From: Actinomycetota bacterium
Lineage (GTDB): Bacteria; Actinomycetota; Thermoleophilia; Gaiellales; Gaiellaceae
DNA length: 64,000 bases
Assembly: GCA_046731695.1 (NCBI GenBank)
Contig: JBKPLR010000001.1
Location: 4,442-68,441 of the forward strand
Direction: 5' to 3'
The position numbers were made by a program, and so were the translations under genes. The notes below the pieces were generated by a model. That model was given only the letters and a program-made list of their open reading frames with translations. It made no database searches and was not told the DNA's origin. Shown one piece after another: positions 1 through 9,156 of the stretch (the first letter of the stretch is position 1; each line of letters starts with the position of its first letter).

Positions 1-557
1 TGAGGACGTGCGCCGTTCGCACCGCCGGCGACGATCGTCTCGAACGCCGGGCCGACTGCGCCGAGCTCGTGGAAGAGGCTGTCCAGCCGCCAGGCGAGCT
101 CGCGCTCGGTCCTGCCGGTGAACCGCTCCTCCGCGAACCGTGCATACGCCTCGCTCGTGATCTTCCCCGCCTCGCGGATCGCGGAGAGCTCGCCCTCGTC
201 CTTCACGGCGCGTAGCGCCTCGACGAGCCCACGCCTCGGGACGAGCTCGAGGTCGCCGCCCGCAAGGGTCTCGTAGTGCGCGTAGCTCGTTGCGTCCGCC
301 TCGAACCCGATTCGGCCCGAAAGGAGCTCGGCGAGATGGGCGAAAAGGTTGCGCTTCGCCTCGACGAACTCCACGTCCTCGACCTCCCGGCCCGCCTCGG
401 CGTAGCGAAAGTCGCTGAAGAGGCGGGCGCCGTCTGGCTCGACCAGCAGCGCCGCGTTCGAGCTCGCGAAGCCGACCAGGTAGCGGATGTTGGACCCGTT
501 CGAGACGAGCAGCGGCTCTTCGAGCGACTGGCGCAGCCGGTCCAGCCGCGCGCTCAC
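1..557 (-). CDS. pepP: Xaa-Pro aminopeptidase (M24B), N-terminal part; the 3' end lies outside the window
   Basis: Own minus-strand translation from GTG 555-557: VSARLDRLRQSLEEPLLVSNGSNIRYLVGFASSNAALLV...LRAVKDEGELSAIREAGKIT, a creatinase/prolidase-type N-domain. GTGA overlap with the aroQ stop. Not in the ORF track because it is open at the window edge. Confidence 0.7.
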   Translation of the reverse strand, partial: MSARLDRLRQSLEEPLLVSNGSNIRYLVGFASSNAALLVEPDGARLFSDFRYAEAGREVEDVEFVEAKRNLFAHLAELLSGRIGFEADATSYAHYETLAGGDLELVPRRGLVEALRAVKDEGELSAIREAGKITSEAYARFAEERFTGRTERELAWRLDSLFHELGAVGPAFETIVAGGANGARP

Positions 558-985
558 GTTCGCCGCTCCGCCAGGAACTCGAGCGCCTCGCGGTAGCCGT
601 CGGGGCCCTTTCCGATCACGCGCGCAGAGGCTACCTCGGCGAGCACGGAATGCTTTCGCCACTCCTCGCGGTCCTCGATGTTCGAGAGGTGCACTTCGAC
701 GACCGGCGCGTCGAAGAGCTCGAGTGCATCCCTGATCGCATAGCTGTAGTGCGACCATGCCCCCGGGTTCGCGACGACGCCGCCTGCCCAGTCGAGCGCG
801 TCATGGCACCAGGACACGTACTCGCCCTCGTTGTTCGTCTGTCGGCAGTCGGCGAGGAGCTCGAGCTCGCGCGCCCAGGCGTAGATCTGGCTCTCCAACT
901 GATTGAGGCTGAGGCCGCCGTAGAGCTCGGGGTTGCGTCGGTGCAGGACGTTGAGATTCACGCCGTTGAGAACCGCCACCCGCAC
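554..985 (-). CDS. aroQ: 3-dehydroquinate dehydratase, type II
   Basis: 143 aa, MRVAVLNGVNLNVLHRRNPELYGG...HLSNI..RE.WR, typical type II DHQase; GTG start. Confidence 0.95.
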   Translation of the reverse strand: MRVAVLNGVNLNVLHRRNPELYGGLSLNQLESQIYAWARELELLADCRQTNNEGEYVSWCHDALDWAGGVVANPGAWSHYSYAIRDALELFDAPVVEVHLSNIEDREEWRKHSVLAEVASARVIGKGPDGYREALEFLAERRT

Positions 986-995
986 CGTCAGGACT

Positions 996-2402
996 CTAGT
1001 CGGCGATCAGCTCGTTCAGGGCTGCGCGCACCTCTTCGTCGGGACGCTCGACGCCGGTGACGGGTCTGCCGGGCGCCTCCAACAGCACCAGCCGCGTCTT
1101 GCCGCCGCGTGCCTTCTTGTCGCGCCCGAGCGCCTCCCACGCCGCGTCGCGGTCGACCCGCGCAGGCTCCGGCGCGAGCACCTCCTCCACCACCTGCGTG
1201 TCGAGCCCCGACAGACGCAGCGCGGCGAGCAGCCCGAGCGCAACGGCCTCGCCGTGGCTCACCTCGTCGTACCCGGCCGCCGCCTCGAGCGCGTGCGCGA
1301 ACGTGTGCCCGAGATTCAGCACCGCCCGCTCTCCGCGCTCGTGCGGGTCGCGCAGGCACACGCCCCCCTTGTATGCGGCACACCGGCGCACGAATTGCAG
1401 ATCCGGCACCTCCCACACCGACTCTCCGAGAAGCAAGCCGGTCTTCACGACCTCCGCCATCCCGGCCCGCCGCTCCGTCTCCGACAGCGTCGCGAGTAGG
1501 CGCGGGTCGATCACTGTGCATACCGGCCAGTGGAAGGCGCCGACGAGGTTCTTGCCCTCCGGGAGGTTCACCGCGGTCTTCCCGCCGATCGCGGCGTCCA
1601 CCTGGCCGACGAGCGTGGTTGGCACGGCAACCCACGGGACCCCGCGCAGGTAGTTCGCCGCCGCGAACCCGGCCGCGTCGGTGGTGCAGCCGCCGCCGAA
1701 GGCGACGATCGCCCCCGCGCGGTCGATCCGAAGCTCGCGCCAGAGCCGCTCGACCGCGCGCAGTGTCTTCGCCTCCTCGCCGGCGCGAAGCTTGTGCACC
1801 GGCACGCGCAGCGGAGGCTCATGCAGCTTGTAAGCGGTCCTGTCTACGACAAGCTCCAGCTCACGGTCCGGGACGAGCTCTGGTAGCCGGCCGAGAGCAC
1901 CCTCGTCGACCACGATCCCCGCAGCCGCGAGCACGATCTCGTCGGCGCCTGTCGCCGTGACGTCGGCGCACTCGCGGTAGAGGGGCTGCCTCCGCTCGTG
2001 CAGGGCCCGGAAGCTCTCCTGGTCGCGGGCGAGCGGGCGGTTGCTGCGGCGCACCCGGCCCCAGGCGGTCTTTACCTCCACCGGCACGTGCACGGTCAGC
2101 GCGTACTCGCGCAGCGCCTTCCGGATCTGCGGCGTCTCGACCGCCCCACCCCCGAGCGCGAGCACGGCAGGCCGCTTGCGCTCGAGCGCGGCAAGCGTCG
2201 CCTGGGCCTCGAGCAGCCGGAACTCGACCTCGCCGCGCTCCTCGAACAGCTCCGGAATCGTCTGCCGCACCGAACGCTCGAGCTCGCGATCGAGATCGAC
2301 CAGTCGTCGCCCGAGCCGCTCGGCGACCTCGACCCCCAAGACGCTTTTGCCCGCGCCCATGAACCCGATGAGCGCGACGTGCCGGTCTAGGGCGTGCGCC
2401 AC
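996..2402 (-). CDS. aroB: Bifunctional shikimate kinase / 3-dehydroquinate synthase (AroK-AroB fusion)
   Basis: The C-terminal 468 codons of ORF 996..3209 carry a P-loop (LIGFMGAGKS) followed by DHQ synthase motifs (FGGGCTTDAAGFAA, GGKTAVN, HTFAHALE). Start placed at GTG 2400-2402, overlapping the aroC stop. The upstream Arg-rich 268 codons are a GC shadow overlapping aroC. Confidence 0.85.
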   Translation of the reverse strand: MAHALDRHVALIGFMGAGKSVLGVEVAERLGRRLVDLDRELERSVRQTIPELFEERGEVEFRLLEAQATLAALERKRPAVLALGGGAVETPQIRKALREYALTVHVPVEVKTAWGRVRRSNRPLARDQESFRALHERRQPLYRECADVTATGADEIVLAAAGIVVDEGALGRLPELVPDRELELVVDRTAYKLHEPPLRVPVHKLRAGEEAKTLRAVERLWRELRIDRAGAIVAFGGGCTTDAAGFAAANYLRGVPWVAVPTTLVGQVDAAIGGKTAVNLPEGKNLVGAFHWPVCTVIDPRLLATLSETERRAGMAEVVKTGLLLGESVWEVPDLQFVRRCAAYKGGVCLRDPHERGERAVLNLGHTFAHALEAAAGYDEVSHGEAVALGLLAALRLSGLDTQVVEEVLAPEPARVDRDAAWEALGRDKKARGGKTRLVLLEAPGRPVTGVERPDEEVRAALNELIAD

Positions 2403-3463
2403 GGGATCCGCTCTACGTAAGCGCGGTGGGCGGCGACGAAGTCCTCGAGCGAGTCGCCGCCGAACTTGTCCCGCGCGGCGCGCGCCAGCTCGAACGCAAC
2501 GGCAGCTTCCGCGACGACCGCCAGCGCCTCCACGGCAGCAACGTCGCTCCGCTCGATCAGCGCCTCTCCGGCCTCTCCGCTTTCGAGGTCGACCGAGCGC
2601 AGGGGGCGCATCAGCGTGGGCAGCGGCTTCATGGCCGCCCGCACGACGACGTCCTCGCCGTTCGAGATGCCGCCCTCGATCCCGCCGGCGAAGTTCGTCT
2701 CGCGATAGAGCGCACCCTGCTCGTCCGCCACGATCTCGTCGTGCGCTTCGGAGCCGCGCCTTGCGGCCAGCTCGAACCCCGCCCCGATCTCGACGCCCTT
2801 TACGGCCTGGATTCCCATCAGCGCAGCGGCGAGACGGGCGTCGAGCCGATCCTCCTTCGTTACGTAGGAGCCGAAGCCGGGCGGGACGCCGCTCGCGGCG
2901 ACCTCGACGACGCCGCCCACGGTGTCGCGCTCGGCGCGGGCCTCGTCGATGCGCTGCTCGAGGTCCTCCGTGACCACGCGGCCCGCGACCGAGATCCCGA
3001 TCTCCGTCAGGAGCGCCTTCGCCACCGCGCCGGCGGCGACCGCGACGGCGGTCTGCCGTGCGCTTGCCCGCTCCAGCGCGTCGCGCGCGTCGGCGAGCCC
3101 GTACTTCAGCGAGCCGGCGAGGTCCGCATGCCCGGGCCGAGGGAGCGTGACCGGCTTCGTGCCCTTCCCCTCCGGCTCGCCCTCCGGCGGCCACGGGCTC
3201 ATGCCCCACGCCCAGTTCTTGTGATCTCGGTTGCGGACGACGAGCGCGAGCGGCGTCCCGAGTGTGCGCCCGTGCCGCAGCCCCGCGAGCACCTCGACCT
3301 CGTCCTGTTCGAGCTTCTGGCGCGGGCTGCGCCCGTAGCCCTGCTGGCGACGCCCGAGGTCGGCGTCGATCGCCGCGCGGTCGAGCACGAGCCCGGCCGG
3401 CAGCCCCGTCACGATCGCGACGAGCGCCGGCCCGTGCGATTCGCCTGCAGTCGTGAGCTTCAC
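2387..3463 (-). CDS. aroC: Chorismate synthase
   Basis: 358 aa, MKLTTAGESHGPALVAIVTGLPAG...RPGHAD; GTGA overlap with the aroE stop. Confidence 0.95.
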   Translation of the reverse strand: MKLTTAGESHGPALVAIVTGLPAGLVLDRAAIDADLGRRQQGYGRSPRQKLEQDEVEVLAGLRHGRTLGTPLALVVRNRDHKNWAWGMSPWPPEGEPEGKGTKPVTLPRPGHADLAGSLKYGLADARDALERASARQTAVAVAAGAVAKALLTEIGISVAGRVVTEDLEQRIDEARAERDTVGGVVEVAASGVPPGFGSYVTKEDRLDARLAAALMGIQAVKGVEIGAGFELAARRGSEAHDEIVADEQGALYRETNFAGGIEGGISNGEDVVVRAAMKPLPTLMRPLRSVDLESGEAGEALIERSDVAAVEALAVVAEAAVAFELARAARDKFGGDSLEDFVAAHRAYVERIPWRTP

Positions 3464-4164
3464 GCGTCTAAGCCTAGGGCCGCCCGCATCGCCTGGACAG
3501 GCGGCTCGATGCCGGTCCAGAGCCGGAACGACGCCGCGCCCTGGCGGACCAGCGCCTCGAGCCCGTCGACGACGAGCCGGCAGCCGGCCTCACGCGCGAC
3601 CGTAATCAAAGCCGTCGGCCGCCCGTCTGCGTTGTACGCGAGGTCGACCACGCCCTGGTCCGGGCGCGGCTCGACGAGCGGGTCGTCCCGAACCGGAGTC
3701 GCGTTCACGACCAGGTCGCAGCCCGAGGCGTCGGGCGGCCATTCGCCGCTCCGCGAGAAGACGCGCACGTCGCCCGGCAGCGCGGGCATGAGTGCCTTCG
3801 CAGCGCCTCCGGCTCCGATCAGGCAGACCCGCGAAGCCTCGATCCCGGTAACGATCTCCTTGTCGGTGTTGAAACCCAGCACGCGCCCGTCCTGCAAGAG
3901 CAACGTGTTCACGGCATCACCGTCGGCCTCGTCGCAGAACGCGACGACCGCCTCCTTGTGCGGCACGGTCACGTTCGCGCCAACGTAACCGAGTGCATGC
4001 AACCCCGCGACGGCCTCGCCCAGCCCTTCGGGAGCCACCTCGAGCGGGACGTACGCCCAGTCGAGCGCGCGGGCTGCGAAGGCCGCGTTCTGCATCCGCG
4101 GCGAGAGCGAGCCTTCGACCGGCTGCCCGAGCAGGCCGACGAGCCGCGTCGAGCCCCCGATCAC
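3460..4164 (-). CDS. aroE: Shikimate dehydrogenase (short, 234 aa)
   Basis: SLSPRMQNAAF, NVTVPHK, FNTD and IGAGGAA motifs; GTGA overlap with the mltG stop. Confidence 0.85.
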   Translation of the reverse strand: MIGGSTRLVGLLGQPVEGSLSPRMQNAAFAARALDWAYVPLEVAPEGLGEAVAGLHALGYVGANVTVPHKEAVVAFCDEADGDAVNTLLLQDGRVLGFNTDKEIVTGIEASRVCLIGAGGAAKALMPALPGDVRVFSRSGEWPPDASGCDLVVNATPVRDDPLVEPRPDQGVVDLAYNADGRPTALITVAREAGCRLVVDGLEALVRQGAASFRLWTGIEPPVQAMRAALGLDA

Positions 4165-5054
4165 GGGTAGCCGTGCGCCGCCTTGTACGCCTGGAAGGCG
4201 GCGAAGCTCGCCGTGAAGAAATGGTGCACGCGGTCCGGTTTCCGGACGAAGTAGAGCCAGCCCCCCGGCGCCGGGTGCGCTGCAGCCTGGATCGAGGCGA
4301 GCCCGGGGTTCGCGATCGGCGTCGGCGTCAGGCCCGTGATGTTCGGGTTGCGCGTGTTGTAGGGGTTCTGGCTCGCGAGCTCCGACTGCGTCAGCGGCTG
4401 CGTCGGCGGCACGTGCAGGCCGTAGCGTGTCGTCGCGTCGATGCCGAGGTTCATGCGCGCGTACAGGCGGTTGTAGATGACCCGCGCGATCTTCGGTCGC
4501 TCCTCGGGAGCGACTGCCTCCTTCTCGACGAGCGACGCGATGATCAGTACGTCGTACGGGGTCAGGTTCTTTGACTTGGCGTAGCCGAGATTGACCTTCG
4601 CCCAGTTGCGCTGGAAGGCCTCGAGCTGCTTCTCGACGAGCTCGGCGGAGGTCGTCCGGACCACGAACTGGTAGGTGGCTGGAAAGAGGAAGCCCTCGAG
4701 AGCGAGAGGCTTGCTCCCGAACCCCGGCTCCCGACGTGGCTGAGCCGACCGCGCGAGATAGCGAACGGCGTTCAGCCTCGGCTTCTTCCCGCGCTCCTCT
4801 TCGGCGATCTTCGCGACGGCGGTGACCCGCTTCGCCATGTCCTCGCGCGTGAAGCCCTCCGGAAAGACGATCTTGAACGGCTTCGGCGGGACGGGTCGCG
4901 CAGTCGTTGTGGGTTGGCCGCCTCCGCCGATGCTCGCGACGGCGAACCAGGCCGCGACGAAACCGGCTACGAGCACGGCCAGCGCCACGATGCGCCGGCG
5001 GTAGACGACGGCGCGCGGCGTTCGTCGCGGCGGCCGGGGCCGCGGCGGGATCAC
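4161..5054 (-). CDS. mltG: Endolytic murein transglycosylase MltG (YceG family)
   Basis: C-terminal about 297 aa of ORF 4161..5633: one TM (IVALAVLVAGFVAAWFAV) then the YceG domain (LEGFLFPATY, ASLVEKEA, YNTR..GL.PTPIANPG). Start set at GTG 5052-5054 overlapping the ruvX TGA; GTG at 5075 is an alternative. Confidence 0.8.
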   Translation of the reverse strand: MIPPRPRPPRRTPRAVVYRRRIVALAVLVAGFVAAWFAVASIGGGGQPTTTARPVPPKPFKIVFPEGFTREDMAKRVTAVAKIAEEERGKKPRLNAVRYLARSAQPRREPGFGSKPLALEGFLFPATYQFVVRTTSAELVEKQLEAFQRNWAKVNLGYAKSKNLTPYDVLIIASLVEKEAVAPEERPKIARVIYNRLYARMNLGIDATTRYGLHVPPTQPLTQSELASQNPYNTRNPNITGLTPTPIANPGLASIQAAAHPAPGGWLYFVRKPDRVHHFFTASFAAFQAYKAAHGYP

Positions 5055-5449
5055 TCCGGTCTGGCGCTCGACCACTCGAGGTAGCTGGACAACAGGTGTG
5101 CCGCGGCGCGCGCGTCCTCCGGCGCGTCGTCCGTGCCGACCCGCTCTGCGAGGCCCGTCGTGAACCGCTCGTCGAAGCTCTCGATGGGGACGTCGATCGC
5201 CGCCTGCAGCGCCTCGACGAACGCCTGCGTCTCCTGCGCCTGCGCGCCGTGCTCGCCTCGCAGCGTTAGCGGTAGTCCGACCACGACGCGCTCTGCGTCC
5301 TCCGTCCGAATCAGCTCGGCCAGCCGTTCGAGGCCGGCTTGGCTCCCCGCCCGCTCGACGACCTCCAGCGGCCGGGCGATCGTGCCCGACGGGTCCGAGA
5401 CTGCGACGCCCGTTCGCGCCGAGCCGTAGTCGATCGCAACGACTTTCAC
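5051..5449 (-). CDS. ruvX: Holliday-junction resolvase-like nuclease RuvX/YqgF
   Basis: 132 aa, MKVVAIDYGSARTGVAVSD...; GTGA overlap with the alaS stop. Confidence 0.9.
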   Translation of the reverse strand: MKVVAIDYGSARTGVAVSDPSGTIARPLEVVERAGSQAGLERLAELIRTEDAERVVVGLPLTLRGEHGAQAQETQAFVEALQAAIDVPIESFDERFTTGLAERVGTDDAPEDARAAAHLLSSYLEWSSARPE

Positions 5450-7971
5450 GCGAGCGCCCGGCGCAGGGCCTCCTCAGCCTTCGCCAGGGCGTCGCCGAGC
5501 TTCTCCGGCTTCTTGCCGCCGGCGCGGGCCATCGTCGCGCGCCCGCCGCCGCCACCGCCGACCTCGGCAGCGGCCTCGCGGATGACCGCCACCGCGTCGA
5601 GGCGGCCCTCGAGCGAGCGGTCGAAGTTCGCAACGAGATGGACGCGGCCGTCGTCGCTGGAGCCGAGCACGACCGCCGCTGGCGCCCGCTCCTGCTTGAT
5701 GCGGTCGGACTCGGCCAGAAGGGCGTCGAGGTCGACGCCGCTCGCCCGGCCGACGTAGACGTTGACGCCGCCGATCTCCTCCTCGCTGCTCGGCTCCAGC
5801 TGCACCTCCGAGGGCTGCTCGCGGCGCGGGCCTTCCTTGCGGGCGCGCTCGAGCTCGCCCCGAAGCTCGTCGACCTCGCGGGCCCGAGAGTGGAGCAGCG
5901 CGTACGCCTCGCCCGAGGTGACCGCCTCGATCCGCCGCGTCCCGGAGCCGATCGAGCTCTCGGACGTGATCACGAAGGGCCCGATCTCCGCCGTGGAGCG
6001 CACGTGCGTACCGCCGCAGAGCTCGCGTGAGTAGCCGGCGATCTCGACGAGCCGGACCTCGTCGCCGTACTTCTCGCCGAAGAGCATCATCGCGCCGAGG
6101 CGCCGCGCCTCGTCGATCGGGACGATGAACGCGCGCACGGGCAGGTTTTGGAAGACGCGCTCGTTGACCTGCCGCTCGATCTCCGCACGCTCCTCGGGGG
6201 TCACCGCCTGCGGGTGCGTGAAGTCGAAGCGCAGCTTGTCGGGCCGGACAGCGGAGCCCGCTTGGCGTGCGTGCTCGCCGAGCACGTCCTGCAGCGCCTT
6301 GTGGAGGAGATGCGTCGCCGTGTGGTTCGCCATCGTCGGGAAGCGGACCGACCACGGCACGACCGCGCGCACGCGCATGCCGGCGCCAAAACCCTCCCCT
6401 TTGAACTCCAGCGCCTGGTCGCCGCCCGAAAGCTGATGTGCGGCGACGAGCTCCGCACGCGCGCCCGTTTCCTCGTTCTCGATGTACCCGGAGTCCGAGA
6501 CCTGCCCGCCGCCCTCCGGGTAGAACGGCGACTGCTCCAGCTTCGCCTGAAAGCGGTCGTCGCCGAGGTGCTCGTATGCGAGGATCGCGGTCAGGACGTC
6601 GGTCTTCTCGTACCCGACGAACTCGCTGCGGACGTCGCCGCCGACTCGCACCTCGACCTCGTCGACAGCGCGCCGAGAGCGCTGCCGCTGCTCCTCCATC
6701 AGCCGGTTGAAGCCGTCCACGTCGACCGCGAGCCCACGTTCGCGCGCAAGCTCTTCCGTCAGCTCGACGGGGAAGCCATAGGTGTCGTGCAGGCGGAAGG
6801 CATCCTCGCCCGAGATTCCGTCGCCGTGCGCGACCTCTTCGAACAGCTTCAGCCCGCGCGCCAGCGTCTCCGAGAAGCGCTCCTCCTCAGCCGCGAGCAC
6901 GCTGCGAATTTCGTCCGCCCGCTCGCGCAGCTCGGGGTAGGCCTCGCCGGCCTGAGCGATCACGACCTCGCTCAAGCCCGCCAGGAACGGCGGATCGAGC
7001 CCGATGCGCCCGGCCTGCTGCACCGCCCGCCGGACGATCCGGCGCATGACGTAGCCGCGCCCTTCGTTCGAGGGCACGACGCCGTCCGCAGCGAGCAAGG
7101 TCATCCCGCGCCCGTGGTCGGCGAGGATCCGGTGTGCCTTGGTCGCCTGCTCGCTCTCGCCGTACGCCACGCCTGAGCGCTCGGCGATCCAGCGCATGAT
7201 CTCCTGGTAGCCGTCGGTGTCGAAGACCGACGGAACCTGCTGCAGGATCCGCGCCCCGCGCTCGAGTCCGAGGCCGGTGTCGATGTTTTGCTTCGGCAGC
7301 GGCGTCAGCGAGCCATCCGGGTGCAGCTCGAACTCCATGAAGACGAGGTTCCAGAACTCGAGGAAGCGGTCGCACTCGCAGCCGGGCGCACACTCAGGTC
7401 GCCGGCAGCCGACGTCCTCGCCCCAGTCGTAGAACATCTCCGAGTCGGGCCCGCACGGTCCCGGGCCGCCGACCGACCAGAAGTTGTCGGCGCGCGGCAG
7501 GCGCACGATCCGCTCCGGCGGCATCCCTTTCCGCTCCCAGGCCGCGACTGCGACCTCGTCCTCGCCGAGCCCGAGCTCCGGGTCGCCGGCGAAGACCGTC
7601 ACCCAGATCCGGTCGAGGTCCAGCTTCATGTGCTCGAACACGAACTCCCAGGCGAGGTCGACCGCGCCGTCCTTGAAGTACTGCCCGAACGAGAAGTTGC
7701 CCAGCATCTCGAAGAAGGTGAGAGTGCGGGCGTTGAGCCCGACGTCGTCGATGTCCGGCGTCCGGAAGACCTTCTGAACCGTCGTCACGAGCGGCGCCGG
7801 CGGCTCCTCGAGCCCGAGGAAGAACGGCATCAGCGGCTGCATCCCGGCCGAGACGAGGAGCGTCGAGCGGTCGTCCGCGCGCGGGATCAGCGACGCCGAG
7901 GGCCGGAACTCGTGGCCCTTGGACTCGAAGAAGGCGCGGAATCCCGCGCGGAGCTCCGCGGTCGTGCGCAT
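5446..7971 (-). CDS. alaS: Alanine--tRNA ligase
   Basis: ORF 5446..8061; conserved N-terminus starts at Met31 (MRTTAELRAGFRAFFESKGHEFRPSASLIP), ATG 7969-7971; HTATHLLH editing motif and C-terminal DHHA1-like GGGGG. Confidence 0.95.
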   Translation of the reverse strand: MRTTAELRAGFRAFFESKGHEFRPSASLIPRADDRSTLLVSAGMQPLMPFFLGLEEPPAPLVTTVQKVFRTPDIDDVGLNARTLTFFEMLGNFSFGQYFKDGAVDLAWEFVFEHMKLDLDRIWVTVFAGDPELGLGEDEVAVAAWERKGMPPERIVRLPRADNFWSVGGPGPCGPDSEMFYDWGEDVGCRRPECAPGCECDRFLEFWNLVFMEFELHPDGSLTPLPKQNIDTGLGLERGARILQQVPSVFDTDGYQEIMRWIAERSGVAYGESEQATKAHRILADHGRGMTLLAADGVVPSNEGRGYVMRRIVRRAVQQAGRIGLDPPFLAGLSEVVIAQAGEAYPELRERADEIRSVLAAEEERFSETLARGLKLFEEVAHGDGISGEDAFRLHDTYGFPVELTEELARERGLAVDVDGFNRLMEEQRQRSRRAVDEVEVRVGGDVRSEFVGYEKTDVLTAILAYEHLGDDRFQAKLEQSPFYPEGGGQVSDSGYIENEETGARAELVAAHQLSGGDQALEFKGEGFGAGMRVRAVVPWSVRFPTMANHTATHLLHKALQDVLGEHARQAGSAVRPDKLRFDFTHPQAVTPEERAEIERQVNERVFQNLPVRAFIVPIDEARRLGAMMLFGEKYGDEVRLVEIAGYSRELCGGTHVRSTAEIGPFVITSESSIGSGTRRIEAVTSGEAYALLHSRAREVDELRGELERARKEGPRREQPSEVQLEPSSEEEIGGVNVYVGRASGVDLDALLAESDRIKQERAPAAVVLGSSDDGRVHLVANFDRSLEGRLDAVAVIREAAAEVGGGGGGRATMARAGGKKPEKLGDALAKAEEALRRALA

Positions 7972-7978
7972 GGCGAGG

Positions 7979-7984
7979 ATTGTA
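7979..7984 (-). promoter_or_regulatory. -10-like TACAAT, 7 nt upstream of the alaS ATG (leaderless geometry)
   Basis: Minus strand reads TACAAT-cctcgcc-ATG; no Shine-Dalgarno in between. Confidence 0.45.
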
Positions 7985-7999
7985 GGGGCGGCTTCTGCG

Positions 8000-8779
8000 C
8001 TACCTGCCGCTCTCGCCGCCCGCGGCGAGGTCTTCCGGCTCGTCCACCGCGATCTCCTCACGGATCTTCTCCAGCGAGCGGCGGATGAGCCGGGAAACGT
8101 GCATCTGCGAGATCCCGATCTGCTGCGCGATCTGGGACTGCGTCAGGCCCTCGAAGAACCGGAGGTGAAGGATCTTCCGCTCGCGCTCGTCGAGGACGCG
8201 GAAACCTGGCGCGAGGACGGCGAGATGCTCCGACACCTCGTACTGGTGCTCCTCGGTGCCGAGCGACTCGAGCGGGTCGAGCTCGCCTTCCTCGTCCTGG
8301 CTCGAGCCGGCGGACAGCGAGAGCGAGCTGTACGCACGGCCGCTTTCGAGGGCCTCCAGCACTTCCTCCTCGCTCACCTCGGCTGCCTTGGCGAGCTCCG
8401 CGATCGTCGGTGAGCGGCTGAGCTGGACGGTCAGCTCCTCGAGCAGGCGCGAGAGCTGGATGTTCAGTTCCTGCAGGCCGCGCGGGACGCGCACTGACCA
8501 GCCACGGTCGCGGAAGTGGCGCTTGATCTCGCCGATGATGTTGGGGGTCGCGTACGTCGTCAGCTCGACGCCGCGGTCGATGTCGAAGCGGTCGATCGCC
8601 TTGATCAGGCCGATCGCCCCGATCTGGACGAGGTCTTCGAGCTGCTCGCCCCGATACGCGTAGCGGCGCGCCAGCGAGCGGACGAGCGACAGGTACTGCT
8701 CGATCAGCTGCTCCCGGGCCGAGAGATCGCCGTCCTCGTGATAGCGGCGGAGCAGGACCTTGTCGCTCGGAGGCATCAC
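8000..8779 (-). CDS. Group 3 RNA polymerase sigma factor (SigB/SigF type)
   Basis: 259 aa with region 2 (DLVQIGAIGLIKAIDRFD, TYATPNIIGEIKRHFRD), region 3 and region 4 (LTQSQIAQQIGISQMHVSRL). Confidence 0.9.
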   Translation of the reverse strand: MMPPSDKVLLRRYHEDGDLSAREQLIEQYLSLVRSLARRYAYRGEQLEDLVQIGAIGLIKAIDRFDIDRGVELTTYATPNIIGEIKRHFRDRGWSVRVPRGLQELNIQLSRLLEELTVQLSRSPTIAELAKAAEVSEEEVLEALESGRAYSSLSLSAGSSQDEEGELDPLESLGTEEHQYEVSEHLAVLAPGFRVLDERERKILHLRFFEGLTQSQIAQQIGISQMHVSRLIRRSLEKIREEIAVDEPEDLAAGGESGR

Positions 8780-9156
8780 GAGCCCTCCCGCTTCTCGACG
8801 TGCTTCGTCAGCTCGAGCCAGCCCTCGCCGTCGAGGTCGTAGTCGTCCACGACGGTGTCGAGGATGCGGCGCAACGTCACTTCGCCTGCGGTGTCCCGCT
8901 CGAGCTCCGACCTCAGGCTCTCGACCGGCAGCCGGCCGACGGCAGCGTGGATCGTTCCCTCCTCGAGGCGCAGCTTCACGGTGACGTTGCCATCAGTGGA
9001 GGCGCGCTCGAGGACCGCCTCGAGCGCGGTCTCGAGGTCGTCGAGGTTCTCGAACGTGAGGTTGAGCCTGGCCGCGAAACCGCCCAGCACGAGGTGCGCG
9101 ACCTCGTGGAACGGCTGTTCCCGCGGGATCGTGAGCGTGATCTCGTCGCCGGTCAT
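8776..9156 (-). CDS. RsbW/SpoIIAB-like anti-sigma factor homologue with degenerate ATP-binding motifs
   Basis: 126 aa from ATG 9154-9156 (MTGDEITLTIPREQPFHEVAHLVLGGFAARLNLTFENLDDLETALEAVLERAS...). Resembles the RsbW N-terminal half, but EAxxNxxxH is replaced by EAVLERAS and no G-boxes are seen. ATGA overlaps at both ends (mnmA stop, sigma start). Confidence 0.5.
   Translation of the reverse strand: MTGDEITLTIPREQPFHEVAHLVLGGFAARLNLTFENLDDLETALEAVLERASTDGNVTVKLRLEEGTIHAAVGRLPVESLRSELERDTAGEVTLRRILDTVVDDYDLDGEGWLELTKHVEKREGS

Noticed and set aside
996-3209. N-terminal extensions of maximal ORFs (aroK/B 737 aa, mltG 490 aa, alaS 871 aa, aspS 608 aa, hutU 687 aa, gcvPA 467 aa, APH 467 aa, MBL 252 aa).
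   Set aside because: The extra N-terminal parts overlap the upstream gene and are Arg-rich low-complexity sequence. In each case a start codon overlapping the upstream stop (ATGA/GTGA) or preceded by TAnnnT gives the family-typical N-terminus.
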